Source: TPA_inf: Saccharomyces (lineage: Eukaryota). Taken from it: a stretch of DNA of 64,000 nucleotides. Location of the stretch: positions 480,001-544,000 of the forward strand of contig BK006943.2 of the NCBI GenBank assembly GCA_000146045.2, read 5' to 3'. The notes beneath the pieces are model-generated. The model saw only the letters and a program-made list of their open reading frames with translations. It had not been told where the DNA came from and did not search any database. Shown one piece after another: positions 23,392-36,460 of this stretch. The position numbers and the translations under genes are program-made. Each line of letters starts with the position of its first letter. The stretch's first letter is position 1.

Positions 23392-23935
23392 TTCCTATTT
23401 TACTTTACCTATCAGCCGCAGTATTCGAGAGATATACCTGGTAAATTTCACCAATGCCCTTAAAAATATGTACTTTTCTGCTTAAAGTCGAGAAATGCAT
23501 GCAAAAACTTGCCCCTATCTAGCAATCCTTCGAATATATTTATCTATCTACCTGTTCCACATGGGCGGTTATACCTGACTCTTCAAAAAATCCTGTAACC
23601 TCCATTTTTTTCCTTTATTTGGGGCAATCACAAAAAAAGGGTCCCAGAAAGATATGACCCTACTCCCTTTTTGCCTTATTTAAAAGTGCTAGGAGATACA
23701 AGGTTAAAGCTAGACCTCGGTTAACGATGGGTCTTGACACGTAGGCGTTGCTCTCCTCTCCATAATCATAGTAAGTTGAGACAATCGTATACCTCCAAAG
23801 GAAGCACTTGTTGGCTTGACAAGAGACTCATGATAGACAGGAACGAGAGTCAGGGTAATTGGATAGTGGAAAGATGAAAGCAAGAGAAACGATGCAAAGA
23901 GGAGGCTGCCCAGGGCTTGGCGTATCCAATTTCTC

Positions 23936-26900
23936 ATGCCAGCAGGGAGGATTCGTATAGCGATGACTGACAACATTATAGTAAGTGAGGTTGATGGTCC
24001 CCCGGATGTAGTTAAATGTTTTATTAGGGAAGAAGATGGACTCGAAGGACAGAGCCGAGAATTGGTGGTCATAGGACTAGAATATATAGATGTGTTTGAA
24101 GGGGTAGAACAAGATGAAGCGCGCAAGAAGTTAAGACTTAGGACTGTCGGATATACAATGGCAGCCTTTTATTTCAAAGATCATACTGCACCTAACCGAA
24201 GATTTTATATTCTGTTGAAAGCCACGGGACGGTTGGACTTCGTCAACCTTGATTACAAAATAGTGAAATCTCTGGAAACAGGAATTGATCAGGTAAGATC
24301 AGAGCCAAAGTTCATGTTCCAAGATCCACTACGAACAGCTCTGGTTTTTAATTTGTCATGCACTGAAATTTACGAGATTTCTACTGAGGACATTTTTTGT
24401 TTGGAAGAAACAGACGTTAAGCTGAGTTATGTGACATCCTCACCGATAGTATCCATAGATGCGTGTATCAATTTCAATGATTTCTTAGATAAGGATGTCT
24501 TTACGTTGTCGATTCTCACACGTGCACACAATGAGGTTGCATATAAGTTGGAAGCATGCGTGTGTGTATTCGAGTCTAAACCAGCCAAAGGAACGAAGTG
24601 GCAAAGAACTACCAATTTAACATTTGTGGAGGAAGCAACGGTCTCACAAGTACTTCTCAAATCGGTCACCAATATTGGTCATTTTGTTTTTACGCCATGG
24701 AAAACTTATTTTATTAAACATGCATTGTCATCGAAACAGACCATTGATGGTAAAACGGTAGACAAAATATACCAAGGGCCTGGTGCCTTTGGGTCTGATA
24801 ACATGGAAAGAATCGAACTTTTGCAGCCTATTTTAGCGGATACCACATTAAATCATTTAACATTTACATTTATGACGAGTACTGCAATTCTAATAACATG
24901 CAGAATGAATGCAATCCTTAGCAGTTTTGAAGACGATACGTATATCTGGGAAAAGGCCTTGTTTGAGAGGCTTCCCATCAATGGTGGTTCCTCACATGAT
25001 CACTACCTTGCAGCGTTTTTCAATGAGAAGTGTTGGATACTGGTATCCCCAAAGGGCCATCTTACAGTATATTCAGTCAGAAATGAAGGGCATAGTAATT
25101 TTGTTCATCTTGGTTCTTTTCTTTGCAAATCAACCTTATATTCCGATTTGATAGGGAACTACACCAAGTCACATTTATCTTGTGGATCATTACACTGTGG
25201 GCAGGGATACTTGTGCTTGAAATTTCGATCGTGTGGGGACATTTTCGCGTCCACTTGCATGAAGCTACTTTTCAAAAGTAAAGACAGTGTTCCTCGACAA
25301 GTTTACTCTACAAGAAAAGGTATCTATTGGGCAGATGTGAATAATAATGTTTACAGAGATAGTGAGCGAATAGACTTTGAAATAAATGGCAGTTTCATTG
25401 CTACTAAAGATGGAACTCTATTGAAAGATAACACTATCGTTACTTTGGTCCCAATTCAAAGAGATAATGAGTGTAATTACGCATACGTCACAAAACAAGG
25501 TTATCTGAGGTGGAGTTTTTCAAAGGTTTATTACCGGATTCAAAACACGGGAGTTGATTTGACTATAGATAATTGCTTTTTATCTGCTATATCTAGCAAG
25601 GGCTCTTTTTTGACTGTACTTGTTCTGAATGATGAAATAACGGTATTTGATCATTGCAACCGTTTGAAAAGCCAGAAAGTAGTTTTCCATAGACTTTCTG
25701 ACTTAGCGTCCATTTTCCTATATGAATACGAAAGCACGGTCTACATTTTCATGTCTGACACCGAAGGAAACCTTTGCGTTATGAAATTGGCAACTTTTGA
25801 GATCGTAGAAGAGGTTAAAATTTGCAAGAAGAAGTTACAGTTCTGTGAAGTCCCTAACTCAGATTATTTTTTTATATATACAGCCGATACTATAATTTTT
25901 TTCAAGCCAAGTAAAATAAAAGGTAGATTTAAAATCCAAGAAGTATATGCACCATGTCCTATAAGCTGTTTGATACCTGGAGAAAAAGATGGCTCAGTTG
26001 TTATGGTTACTTCTCAAGGTCAATTTTACGACGTACTTGTTCCTGGTGATGCCGGAAGGGCTACTCTTTGTTCTAAGTTTGAAAAAGTTTTAAAAACATG
26101 TCTCAAATTTATAACTTTGGAATCTTCATCAAGATATGTGATTGTAGCGGCCCTGCCAGTAGCAAATCCATTGCAGGACAAGTATTCCGAAATTTATGTG
26201 TATGATATTAAACAGTTCAAAAACATTTCCGCATTCAATTTTTCTAACCTCAACAATGATATCGAGAGTATAAAATATGAAAACGCTATGATATCAGATA
26301 TTATTGCCGTACCCATGCTCAAAAGAACCGAAACATTAGGAAAAAGAAAGACTTCTGAGCTGTATAAGGAAGTGATTTTCAATTCATGTATCTTGGTGTC
26401 TCTAAATTTAGACTCAATAGACGGTATTGATAGTAAAAATATGAATAACCTATTATTGTTTTCATTTGATGAGGAATCGGGTTTTATTGAATTTGTTTTT
26501 GGGATTAACACGGGGTTCTCAATCAGTGGGTTACATAACTATTACAATGGATGTGTTTTGGTTTATGGGGAGTTTGTGCAAGCTTATCAACTGAACTATT
26601 CAGTTCATGATAACAAGTTCAGTATTGAACAGGTTTCAAATAGGTTGAATATTTCTGGTATTACAATAACATCATCTATATTTTTTGATAAAAGGAAGGC
26701 AAAGATGGCTAGGAAGCAGCAAAATATAGGTACATGGGTTTATTTGGAAGAAATGATTTTACTTGATGTACGGAAAGGTGTGATGAGGTTCAATGTCATC
26801 CATACAACAGACGGTAACATAGAAAAGGTTCAATTGCAGGTACAGCCTCTGAATTTATTTGAGAGGGACCTCATCAATAGCATTACCGACACCGGGAAAA

Positions 26901-27301
26901 TGTTTACCGGTGCAGCCGCTATAACTTTCAAGAATATTAGGTATCTACTAATTTCGTACGGTGATCAAAAGCTCACGTTATTTAGTTTAAAACTTGATGG
27001 TGAGGAAGAAATAGACGAAAGAGTGTACCATGTTGCTGAGCAAGTTACAACCATCAACTCTGTAAGAACTACTGATTCCAGAATGAGCACGTTTTTAGGC
27101 GAATCTACATTTATGCCCTTATTCTTAGTAAGTACCTTGTCTAACGGTTGTTATGTGATCGGAATCCTGCATGAAGAGTCAGATATCTCATTACATATCT
27201 TATCAGAAAAGAAAGCTGTCTTCGCAAAGCGGTCGGTTCAAAAGTTCCTGGGCTTCCTCGATCCTCAAATGGATGATCACACTGTAATATCTGAAATTTA
27301 G
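23936..27301 (+). CDS. YJR039W: YJR039W, large uncharacterized protein (1121 aa).
   Basis: Uninterrupted 1121-codon ORF with ATG at 23936. Coding-like composition and synteny; I recognise no domain. Confidence 0.85.
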
Positions 27302-27745
27302 TGTCTACGTTATGATATATACACTTACAAATTTACTTTCCTTTTTTAGTATAGTTTTCAAGTAAAATTCTTGAAGCGGTGTTGTTTTTGTTTGTTCTTC
27401 GTTTAGCAAAAGTCATTGTTAAATACACGCTATAATATGGCCATGACCGTAGGACCGAATGCTGTCCGAAAAATGATACTTATCACACATTTCAAATAAG
27501 ATCGGTTTTGTAGTTCAAAGATTTCTTAAGAGCCTTTTACGTGTTTCTTAAGAAACACTTCACATTGGCTATCATTATTAGTAAATAGATTTATATGATT
27601 TTCACTTATTAAGGACAGAAATGTCGCGATTTCGAACCCATAAAAAAAGGAAAAGCACCGCCTGTTCTCCAGTCTTCATAAAAGCACACCGTATAGAAAG
27701 GGCGGTGAATGTTGATCTTGCATACTATAAAATTATTTGACACTA

Positions 27746-30085
27746 ATGCCAACAACTTATGTGCCAATAAATCAACCAATTGGGGATGGTGAAGATGTCA
27801 TTGACACCAATCGATTCACCAATATTCCAGAAACGCAAAATTTTGACCAATTTGTTACAATTGATAAGATTGCTGAGGAAAATAGACCACTGTCTGTAGA
27901 CTCGGACAGGGAGTTCCTTAATTCAAAATATCGACATTACCGAGAGGTTATATGGGACCGTGCAAAAACATTTATCACATTAAGCTCTACGGCCATAGTT
28001 ATTGGATGTATTGCTGGTTTCCTACAAGTCTTCACGGAAACTCTGGTTAACTGGAAAACAGGTCATTGTCAGAGGAACTGGCTACTTAATAAATCCTTCT
28101 GTTGTAACGGCGTGGTTAATGAGGTTACCTCTACAAGCAATTTACTACTGAAAAGACAAGAGTTTGAATGCGAGGCACAAGGGCTTTGGATTGCCTGGAA
28201 GGGACATGTGTCCCCTTTTATAATTTTCATGCTTTTGTCAGTCTTATTTGCTCTAATTAGTACACTGTTAGTCAAATATGTTGCTCCTATGGCTACTGGT
28301 TCAGGAATCTCAGAGATTAAGGTATGGGTATCAGGTTTTGAATACAATAAGGAATTTTTGGGTTTCTTAACATTAGTCATTAAAAGTGTTGCCCTTCCTT
28401 TGGCTATTTCTTCGGGATTAAGCGTAGGTAAAGAAGGGCCCTCAGTTCATTATGCAACCTGTTGTGGGTACTTACTCACAAAATGGCTACTAAGAGATAC
28501 TTTGACGTATTCATCGCAATATGAGTATATCACAGCAGCTAGTGGAGCAGGTGTTGCGGTTGCTTTTGGTGCTCCTATTGGTGGTGTCCTTTTTGGTTTG
28601 GAAGAGATTGCTTCTGCGAATAGGTTTAACTCCTCTACCTTATGGAAATCCTATTATGTCGCCCTAGTCGCAATAACTACTTTGAAGTACATTGATCCAT
28701 TTAGGAATGGCAGAGTTATTTTATTCAATGTAACATATGATAGAGACTGGAAGGTACAAGAGATTCCGATCTTTATAGCCTTAGGAATCTTTGGTGGTTT
28801 ATATGGAAAATATATTAGTAAGTGGAACATCAACTTTATTCACTTTCGCAAAATGTACCTGTCCTCATGGCCAGTTCAAGAAGTGCTTTTTTTGGCGACG
28901 CTTACTGCTTTGATTTCTTACTTCAATGAGTTCTTGAAATTAGACATGACAGAAAGTATGGGTATATTGTTTCATGAATGTGTCAAGAACGATAACACCT
29001 CAACTTTTAGTCATAGGTTATGTCAGTTGGATGAAAATACGCACGCTTTTGAGTTCTTAAAAATTTTTACTTCCCTATGCTTTGCCACTGTTATCAGGGC
29101 CTTGTTGGTGGTGGTATCATATGGCGCCAGAGTTCCTGCCGGAATCTTTGTTCCTTCAATGGCGGTTGGGGCCACATTTGGACGGGCAGTAAGTCTACTG
29201 GTAGAGAGATTTATAAGTGGCCCTTCTGTTATTACTCCTGGTGCCTACGCCTTCCTGGGAGCAGCCGCTACCTTGAGCGGGATAACTAACTTGACTTTAA
29301 CTGTGGTGGTAATAATGTTCGAGCTAACAGGCGCCTTCATGTATATCATACCCCTTATGATTGTAGTGGCAATAACAAGGATAATTTTAAGCACGTCTGG
29401 TATTTCTGGCGGTATTGCTGATCAAATGATCATGGTTAATGGATTCCCATATTTGGAAGACGAGCAAGACGAGGAAGAGGAGGAAACCTTAGAAAAATAC
29501 ACTGCAGAGCAGCTCATGTCCTCCAAATTAATTACTATTAATGAAACCATTTACCTTTCCGAGCTTGAATCTTTGTTGTACGACTCAGCGTCTGAATATT
29601 CTGTGCATGGTTTTCCAATAACTAAGGATGAGGATAAGTTTGAGAAGGAAAAAAGATGTATTGGCTATGTTTTAAAAAGGCACTTAGCCAGTAAAATCAT
29701 GATGCAAAGCGTAAATAGCACCAAAGCTCAAACGACACTGGTATACTTCAATAAGTCTAACGAAGAGTTGGGACATCGTGAAAACTGCATCGGATTTAAG
29801 GATATTATGAATGAATCTCCAATCTCGGTGAAGAAGGCGGTGCCAGTAACATTGTTATTCCGTATGTTTAAAGAGCTAGGTTGTAAGACTATCATCGTAG
29901 AGGAAAGTGGAATTTTAAAGGGGTTGGTCACTGCTAAAGATATTTTGAGGTTCAAAAGAATTAAGTATCGAGAAGTTCACGGTGCGAAATTTACATATAA
30001 TGAAGCACTTGATAGAAGATGTTGGTCAGTTATCCATTTCATAATCAAAAGGTTTACCACTAATCGAAATGGTAACGTTATATGA
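27746..30085 (+). CDS. GEF1: GEF1, CLC-family voltage-gated chloride channel with C-terminal CBS domains (779 aa).
   Basis: CLC selectivity-filter motifs GSGISEIK and GKEGP, plus GxFxP-like (GIFVPSMAVGA). ATG at 27746; the tracked ORF starts at TTG 27737. Confidence 0.95.
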   Translation: MPTTYVPINQPIGDGEDVIDTNRFTNIPETQNFDQFVTIDKIAEENRPLSVDSDREFLNSKYRHYREVIWDRAKTFITLSSTAIVIGCIAGFLQVFTETLVNWKTGHCQRNWLLNKSFCCNGVVNEVTSTSNLLLKRQEFECEAQGLWIAWKGHVSPFIIFMLLSVLFALISTLLVKYVAPMATGSGISEIKVWVSGFEYNKEFLGFLTLVIKSVALPLAISSGLSVGKEGPSVHYATCCGYLLTKWLLRDTLTYSSQYEYITAASGAGVAVAFGAPIGGVLFGLEEIASANRFNSSTLWKSYYVALVAITTLKYIDPFRNGRVILFNVTYDRDWKVQEIPIFIALGIFGGLYGKYISKWNINFIHFRKMYLSSWPVQEVLFLATLTALISYFNEFLKLDMTESMGILFHECVKNDNTSTFSHRLCQLDENTHAFEFLKIFTSLCFATVIRALLVVVSYGARVPAGIFVPSMAVGATFGRAVSLLVERFISGPSVITPGAYAFLGAAATLSGITNLTLTVVVIMFELTGAFMYIIPLMIVVAITRIILSTSGISGGIADQMIMVNGFPYLEDEQDEEEEETLEKYTAEQLMSSKLITINETIYLSELESLLYDSASEYSVHGFPITKDEDKFEKEKRCIGYVLKRHLASKIMMQSVNSTKAQTTLVYFNKSNEELGHRENCIGFKDIMNESPISVKKAVPVTLLFRMFKELGCKTIIVEESGILKGLVTAKDILRFKRIKYREVHGAKFTYNEALDRRCWSVIHFIIKRFTTNRNGNVI

Positions 30086-30238
30086 TTAGACATTTATGTA
30101 ATTTTTAAGGCGCTAGTATAGATTATTCAAAATTATATGATACAGACTTTTATCAATTTTTACTTGTTTAAGCTCCGTCACCCTGTTATTAAACGTGAGC
30201 AGAGAAATGCCTTTTGAAAACACACTAAAACACATAAG

Positions 30239-33200
30239 TTAATCTTCGCGCCATTTACCAACCTTTTTGTATTGGAGGTAAAGTGCTTTGAAATATTGTT
30301 TCCCAGGTGTGTCAAGGAAAGCGTTCAATTGATTCAACTCGTTCTGAGATAATATATCAAAAATCGCATGAATACCGGGCTGCAGACTCTTTTTTATGTT
30401 TAAACTGAACTGCGTCGTAATAGACAACTGTATATATTTCGTTAGAACCACAAGTACATTTTTTCTGATGGACTGCTTTATCAAACTTATCTTTGAGCTT
30501 AAGTTATTTTTCTGCCCATTTTGAGCGTTTGATACATTATAAGGCTCGCAGTAGTTCGTTATTAGTCTGGCTACGGCGTCTGCTGAATTTGCACACAATG
30601 TACCATCATGAATTGCTATTATTTCTAGTATCTGGCAAAGAACGGAGTTAAACAAATGGTGACGATTGGAAAATTTAAACCTGTGAACTAATAGCATATG
30701 ATCTATCACTTCGATGATGTTAATAAAGCCTTCATTGATTTCATCCGTTGACTCATGGTTTACTATAAAAGCGAGAGTTTTTAAACAGAAAGGAAGCAGC
30801 ATTTCAATACAGTATTGGCTGAATAGCCATGGTTTCGATACTAAGAACTCCTTGATAGCATTGAACAGTAGCAAGTATGACTTGTAGCCAAATTTTTCTA
30901 TATCACAATAGGTGTAGGCTTCAAGTAAAGCTATCACAAATAGGTGATGACCAAGGTTATTGTCTCTTGCAATCCTTTTTGACATTATGATAAAAACTCT
31001 CACAAATTTTTCAGCACAAGGTTGGCTAATGGTGGAAAACGATTTAGCACTGTTCCAGAGCAGGCGGTTAAACGCATCAGGACCTTGTTTAAGACTTTCT
31101 TCCAAGCAGAACCCCAAGGCAGAATCGCACTTATCTGTATGCTCAATATTTAAGTACTCTGCAAAAATATACTCCAACTTGTTTTCTGTAAGGAGTGAAT
31201 GAACCAAAAACATTTCCTGTTCTTCTGGCGCATGGTACACTTTTTTAGAATGATATCGAAGCATAATTTTGGAAAATATATCCAGAATTCTCGATTTATG
31301 CTTAGAAATATCGCCTTGTCCGGTCGTTATAATCTTGTACAATGTAGACATTGATATTCTGAAAAGGGGAATTGTTTCAGATTCAAAATTTTCAGAGTAG
31401 TTTTCCAAAATTTTAACAGCATAGCTAATTGCCATACCTTGTATATCTCTATGCTTGTTATCTGGTTTCAAAAATTTTGCGATAGTAAACCCGGCGATAA
31501 TTAGTTTGCTATCACCATTGGACAATGACATTGACTGTTTAACGATATCGTAACCAGATTCTAAGAACTTCTCACTCACAGGCTCCTTTGCCTGTGACAG
31601 ATGATTAGTCCAAACTTTTTCGAAAATAGATATTTTGTCTTCTATTTCCTTTTTTTCATCACCTGTCTCTGAAATGGCCATTTCGGGGCTCATTATTGTT
31701 TTCTCACATAATTCGTAGAAATTTGTTTCAATGTTGCTCTTGAAGGTCGGGCTTGACAATAAATGAAGGAGGCATTCTCTAGTAGCGGAATCAAGGCAAA
31801 ATGATTCGCATGTTAGATTGTTAATGAGAGCCACTCTAACGTTTTTGTTGATGCATTGGATAGGAATTTGAATCAAAGCTTCTAGAGCGAAGGTTTGATG
31901 GTATGATGAAGCAAGCTTGTTTATTAAAGCGTACGTGATATTTGTCTCCTCAAAAATGTCATCATTTTTTAATAACGAAGATAAATTTGTCGAGTTCAAT
32001 AGTAATGAATCAATTAAAGAAGAAATTTGTTCTCTTGTAAAGTTGTTGTTTACTAATGTTGCAAATTTGGACACAACAGAGTATGATAAGTTTGACTTTC
32101 TTTCTTCGTCAAGGATTTCAAAGTGCCTCATGAATTTTTTTTTTGCATCAGAAAGATCGAACGAAATATATTCTCTCAATTTGAAGCAATAAAAGAACAG
32201 TTCTTCAACATCAGCCGATGTAGTATCAAAAATATTAGAAGATAACACGTAATCGATTTTTTCTAGTTCCTCTGCAGGGACAATATCATCGTAGACTTCC
32301 ATTATATGATACTTTAGGTCCCATTGAAGACTGTTATTAAATGATTCCAAAGTAAATACTTGAGATAAAATAGGCTTTACCTCATCGAGAGTTGCGCGCG
32401 ATGCGCCCTCTGATAGTCCCTCCAAGCATATGCGTATTAAATATAAAGGAACCCTGTTGGTGGAATCGTGATTGACTTGGTCAAGTAAAGCTTGCAATAG
32501 ATTTTTCCATTGTAAAGAAGATAAAGTGAACAATTGCTTCGTTATAGACTTGACATATGCAGGATGATTTATCAAAAAATAGGAATCGGGTCCTTTTCTG
32601 GAACAGTACTCATTTATTTTGGCAAAAAAATCTGATAATTCCCTTGCGTTAGCGTGTGATTGGATTATTAAATCCCAAATATGAGAGGAAAAGAGAGGAT
32701 CGTTCAAATTTTCGAGCTGAATCAATTCAAGTAACCGAAAAATATGTTTAATAGCAACCTCGATATCCAATTTAAGGATAATTGGTATTAATGATAACAC
32801 TCCAGATTCATCAGTCGACGCTAACATTTCAAGCAATAATGCTTCAAGGAACTCTTGAGATACGGTTTTCTTCGATTCCGATAAAAGATTCAGAAATCTG
32901 CATTCTAAACTAGGTTTCTTGGCACCTAAAATTGTAAAGATGACTTCTAGTTGAGCAAAATTGTCTTTTGATAAGAAAGTGACGAAAGTGGCAAAATAAT
33001 AATAAGCCATATCGTCGGTAATTTCGGACGCATTCTCTTGGACAAACTTTTTATTTAATTTCATGTAATCTATGCGTGGTTGTAAAAGGAACTTTCCCAT
33101 AAAATGAGATAGACGAATGAAGGATTGGTTTGAAGATGCAGAATTTTTGGTCTGTGCGAAATATCTTAAACTTGGTAGTAGCATATGCTTGCAGTAACAA

Positions 33201-33763
33201 GTAGCAATTTTGTTATCCGTTGTAGTAATATTGTCAACATGAGTTAGATTGCAGGCATCTTGCAAGTATGAAAGCGCAAAGTCAGTCGTCGGGCACGAAC
33301 TTAATCCATTTATGGCATGTTCTAAAAGTTGAAAAGACTCTTCAACAGAAAAATTGACAATCAAGTAGTCATTAATCGCAAAAAATGCTTTTATAAACGA
33401 AACGCTACGTGTAAGTAATTTGTCTTTAGGCCAAAGGAAAAATGTTCTTATCATTACAGGCACAGTCTTCAATTTTTTGAGTAGTTTTTTTATCGAAATT
33501 GGATCATTAATAGCATCTAATAATCTCGTGAAAATTATCCAAGTATGTTCACTGGTCTTAAAATCATCCAAATTTCCATTGTTGAGCCTATCAATGAGTA
33601 AATCTAAGACGAAAATTTCTTTTTTTGGAAAGTAGGTTTCTAATTTATCAAATTTTGAAACTATCTCGGCAATTTGATGGGGTTTTGTGCTCGTCGAACG
33701 TAGTAATTTCGACAAATCTTGGGCATTGTCTGGGATAGATAGTTCTTCTGTAAGATCACCCAT
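30239..33763 (-). CDS. URB2: URB2, nucleolar 60S ribosome biogenesis factor (1174 aa).
   Basis: 1174-aa ORF with ATG at 33761-33763. Synteny (YJR041C) and PAC/RRPE-like motifs in its promoter. Confidence 0.9.
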
Positions 33764-34054
33764 ATTATCAAAAAGTGCAGTATACTCTCTGTTTTTCCAA
33801 AGATAATTGATGGCAAGCTAAATCTTAGACAGAGATGTTCCTATGCTAGTAAACAATTCTGTAGTTGTGACCAAGTGCCCTCTTAGCGATCATTTTGAGA
33901 TGAGCTAAGTGAAATTTTTCAGATCGCGCACGACGGAGAGGTTTTTTAGTTGGATGGAAGTCAAGCCTTGTACAAATTGTAGTTGTATAGAAAACATTGA
34001 ACTTACGGTCTTGAGTTGAGTCAATAAGCGTGAGCCAGAACGCAATTATCAGAT

Positions 34055-36289
34055 ATGACAATCGATGATTCAAATCGATTACTTATGGACGTCGATCAAT
34101 TTGATTTTTTGGACGACGGAACGGCGCAACTTAGTAATAACAAGACCGATGAAGAAGAACAACTATATAAAAGGGACCCAGTCAGCGGGGCTATCCTGGT
34201 CCCTATGACTGTAAATGATCAACCGATTGAAAAAAATGGCGACAAGATGCCTTTAAAGTTCAAGCTGGGGCCACTTTCTTACCAAAATATGGCATTCATA
34301 ACTGCAAAAGATAAATATAAGCTTTATCCTGTTAGAATTCCTAGATTAGATACCAGCAAAGAGTTTTCTGCATACGTATCAGGTTTATTTGAAATTTACC
34401 GTGATTTAGGTGATGACAGAGTGTTTAATGTACCAACGATTGGAGTTGTTAATTCTAATTTCGCGAAGGAGCATAATGCAACAGTAAATCTGGCCATGGA
34501 GGCGATTCTGAATGAATTGGAAGTGTTTATTGGTAGAGTCAAGGATCAGGATGGAAGAGTGAACCGATTTTATGAGTTGGAAGAATCTTTAACCGTTTTA
34601 AACTGTCTGAGGACAATGTACTTCATATTAGATGGTCAGGATGTAGAGGAGAACAGATCAGAGTTTATTGAGTCATTGCTAAACTGGATTAATAGATCAG
34701 ACGGTGAACCAGATGAAGAATATATTGAACAAGTGTTTTCAGTGAAGGATTCTACAGCAGGTAAAAAAGTGTTCGAAACACAATATTTCTGGAAGCTTTT
34801 GAATCAGCTTGTTTTAAGAGGCCTGCTCTCCCAAGCTATAGGTTGCATTGAAAGATCAGATCTTTTACCATATTTGAGTGATACATGTGCCGTTTCATTT
34901 GATGCAGTAAGTGACTCCATCGAACTCCTGAAACAATATCCAAAAGATTCGTCCAGTACATTTAGAGAATGGAAAAATTTGGTGCTAAAATTAAGTCAAG
35001 CCTTTGGTAGTTCTGCTACTGATATTTCCGGTGAATTACGGGATTACATTGAAGATTTCTTGTTAGTAATTGGTGGAAATCAACGAAAAATTCTGCAGTA
35101 TTCAAGGACGTGGTATGAGTCCTTTTGTGGGTTTTTATTATACTATATCCCCTCATTAGAACTATCAGCAGAATATTTACAAATGTCACTGGAAGCTAAC
35201 GTCGTAGACATAACAAATGATTGGGAACAACCATGCGTCGACATCATTAGTGGTAAGATACACTCAATTTTACCGGTAATGGAATCTTTAGATAGTTGCA
35301 CAGCAGCATTTACCGCTATGATTTGTGAAGCAAAAGGTTTGATAGAGAATATTTTTGAGGGTGAAAAAAATAGCGATGATTATAGTAATGAAGACAACGA
35401 AATGCTTGAAGATCTATTCTCTTATAGGAATGGTATGGCATCTTATATGCTAAATAGCTTCGCTTTTGAGTTGTGTTCACTGGGTGATAAGGAACTATGG
35501 CCCGTTGCCATTGGATTGATAGCCTTATCTGCAACAGGGACGAGAAGTGCAAAGAAAATGGTGATTGCAGAATTACTTCCACACTACCCATTTGTTACGA
35601 ATGATGACATTGAATGGATGCTAAGTATATGTGTAGAATGGAGACTACCAGAAATAGCGAAGGAAATATACACCACGTTGGGTAATCAAATGTTATCGGC
35701 ACACAACATAATTGAAAGTATCGCAAATTTTAGTAGGGCGGGCAAATATGAACTGGTAAAGTCATATTCGTGGCTATTATTTGAAGCTTCGTGCATGGAG
35801 GGCCAGAAGTTGGACGACCCTGTGTTGAATGCCATTGTGAGCAAAAACTCTCCTGCAGAGGATGACGTTATAATACCACAAGACATTTTAGATTGTGTAG
35901 TGACGAATTCTATGCGTCAAACTTTAGCGCCATATGCTGTTCTGTCACAATTCTATGAGCTGAGGGACAGAGAAGATTGGGGCCAAGCGCTGCGCCTATT
36001 GCTTTTGCTGATTGAATTCCCTTATTTACCAAAACATTACTTGGTTTTGCTTGTGGCGAAATTCCTGTACCCAATTTTCCTTTTAGATGATAAGAAGCTA
36101 ATGGATGAAGATTCAGTGGCGACAGTCATTGAAGTTATAGAAACTAAATGGGATGACGCTGATGAAAAAAGTTCAAACTTATATGAAACCATTATTGAAG
36201 CAGATAAAAGCTTACCTAGTAGCATGGCAACACTTTTGAAAAATTTAAGAAAGAAACTAAATTTCAAATTATGTCAAGCGTTCATGTAA
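34055..36289 (+). CDS. NUP85: NUP85, nucleoporin of the Nup84 subcomplex (744 aa).
   Basis: 744-aa ORF with ATG at 34055. Sequence and position match YJR042W. Confidence 0.93.
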   Translation: MTIDDSNRLLMDVDQFDFLDDGTAQLSNNKTDEEEQLYKRDPVSGAILVPMTVNDQPIEKNGDKMPLKFKLGPLSYQNMAFITAKDKYKLYPVRIPRLDTSKEFSAYVSGLFEIYRDLGDDRVFNVPTIGVVNSNFAKEHNATVNLAMEAILNELEVFIGRVKDQDGRVNRFYELEESLTVLNCLRTMYFILDGQDVEENRSEFIESLLNWINRSDGEPDEEYIEQVFSVKDSTAGKKVFETQYFWKLLNQLVLRGLLSQAIGCIERSDLLPYLSDTCAVSFDAVSDSIELLKQYPKDSSSTFREWKNLVLKLSQAFGSSATDISGELRDYIEDFLLVIGGNQRKILQYSRTWYESFCGFLLYYIPSLELSAEYLQMSLEANVVDITNDWEQPCVDIISGKIHSILPVMESLDSCTAAFTAMICEAKGLIENIFEGEKNSDDYSNEDNEMLEDLFSYRNGMASYMLNSFAFELCSLGDKELWPVAIGLIALSATGTRSAKKMVIAELLPHYPFVTNDDIEWMLSICVEWRLPEIAKEIYTTLGNQMLSAHNIIESIANFSRAGKYELVKSYSWLLFEASCMEGQKLDDPVLNAIVSKNSPAEDDVIIPQDILDCVVTNSMRQTLAPYAVLSQFYELRDREDWGQALRLLLLLIEFPYLPKHYLVLLVAKFLYPIFLLDDKKLMDEDSVATVIEVIETKWDDADEKSSNLYETIIEADKSLPSSMATLLKNLRKKLNFKLCQAFM

Positions 36290-36460
36290 ATCAGTATAGT
36301 AATGTCCTTCGGATGGTATATTAGGATATATGACGAAAATAAGTAAATTTAAACAACAATATATATTTATATTGATCTATTTTTCTATCACGTAAGTTGA
36401 CATTTGTATTATACATTACATCACAATTAGTAATGGAAAGTGTTTGGAAAAAAAAGAAGA

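Noticed and set aside
23006-24126. ORF-track entries 23006..23485(+) 159 aa and 23710..24126(-) 138 aa (positions of the dubious YJR037W/YJR038C).
   Set aside because: Both lie antisense to, or overlapping, HUL4 and the YJR039W 5' end. One starts at a GTG. Composition is non-coding-like. I treat them as dubious overlaps, not genes.
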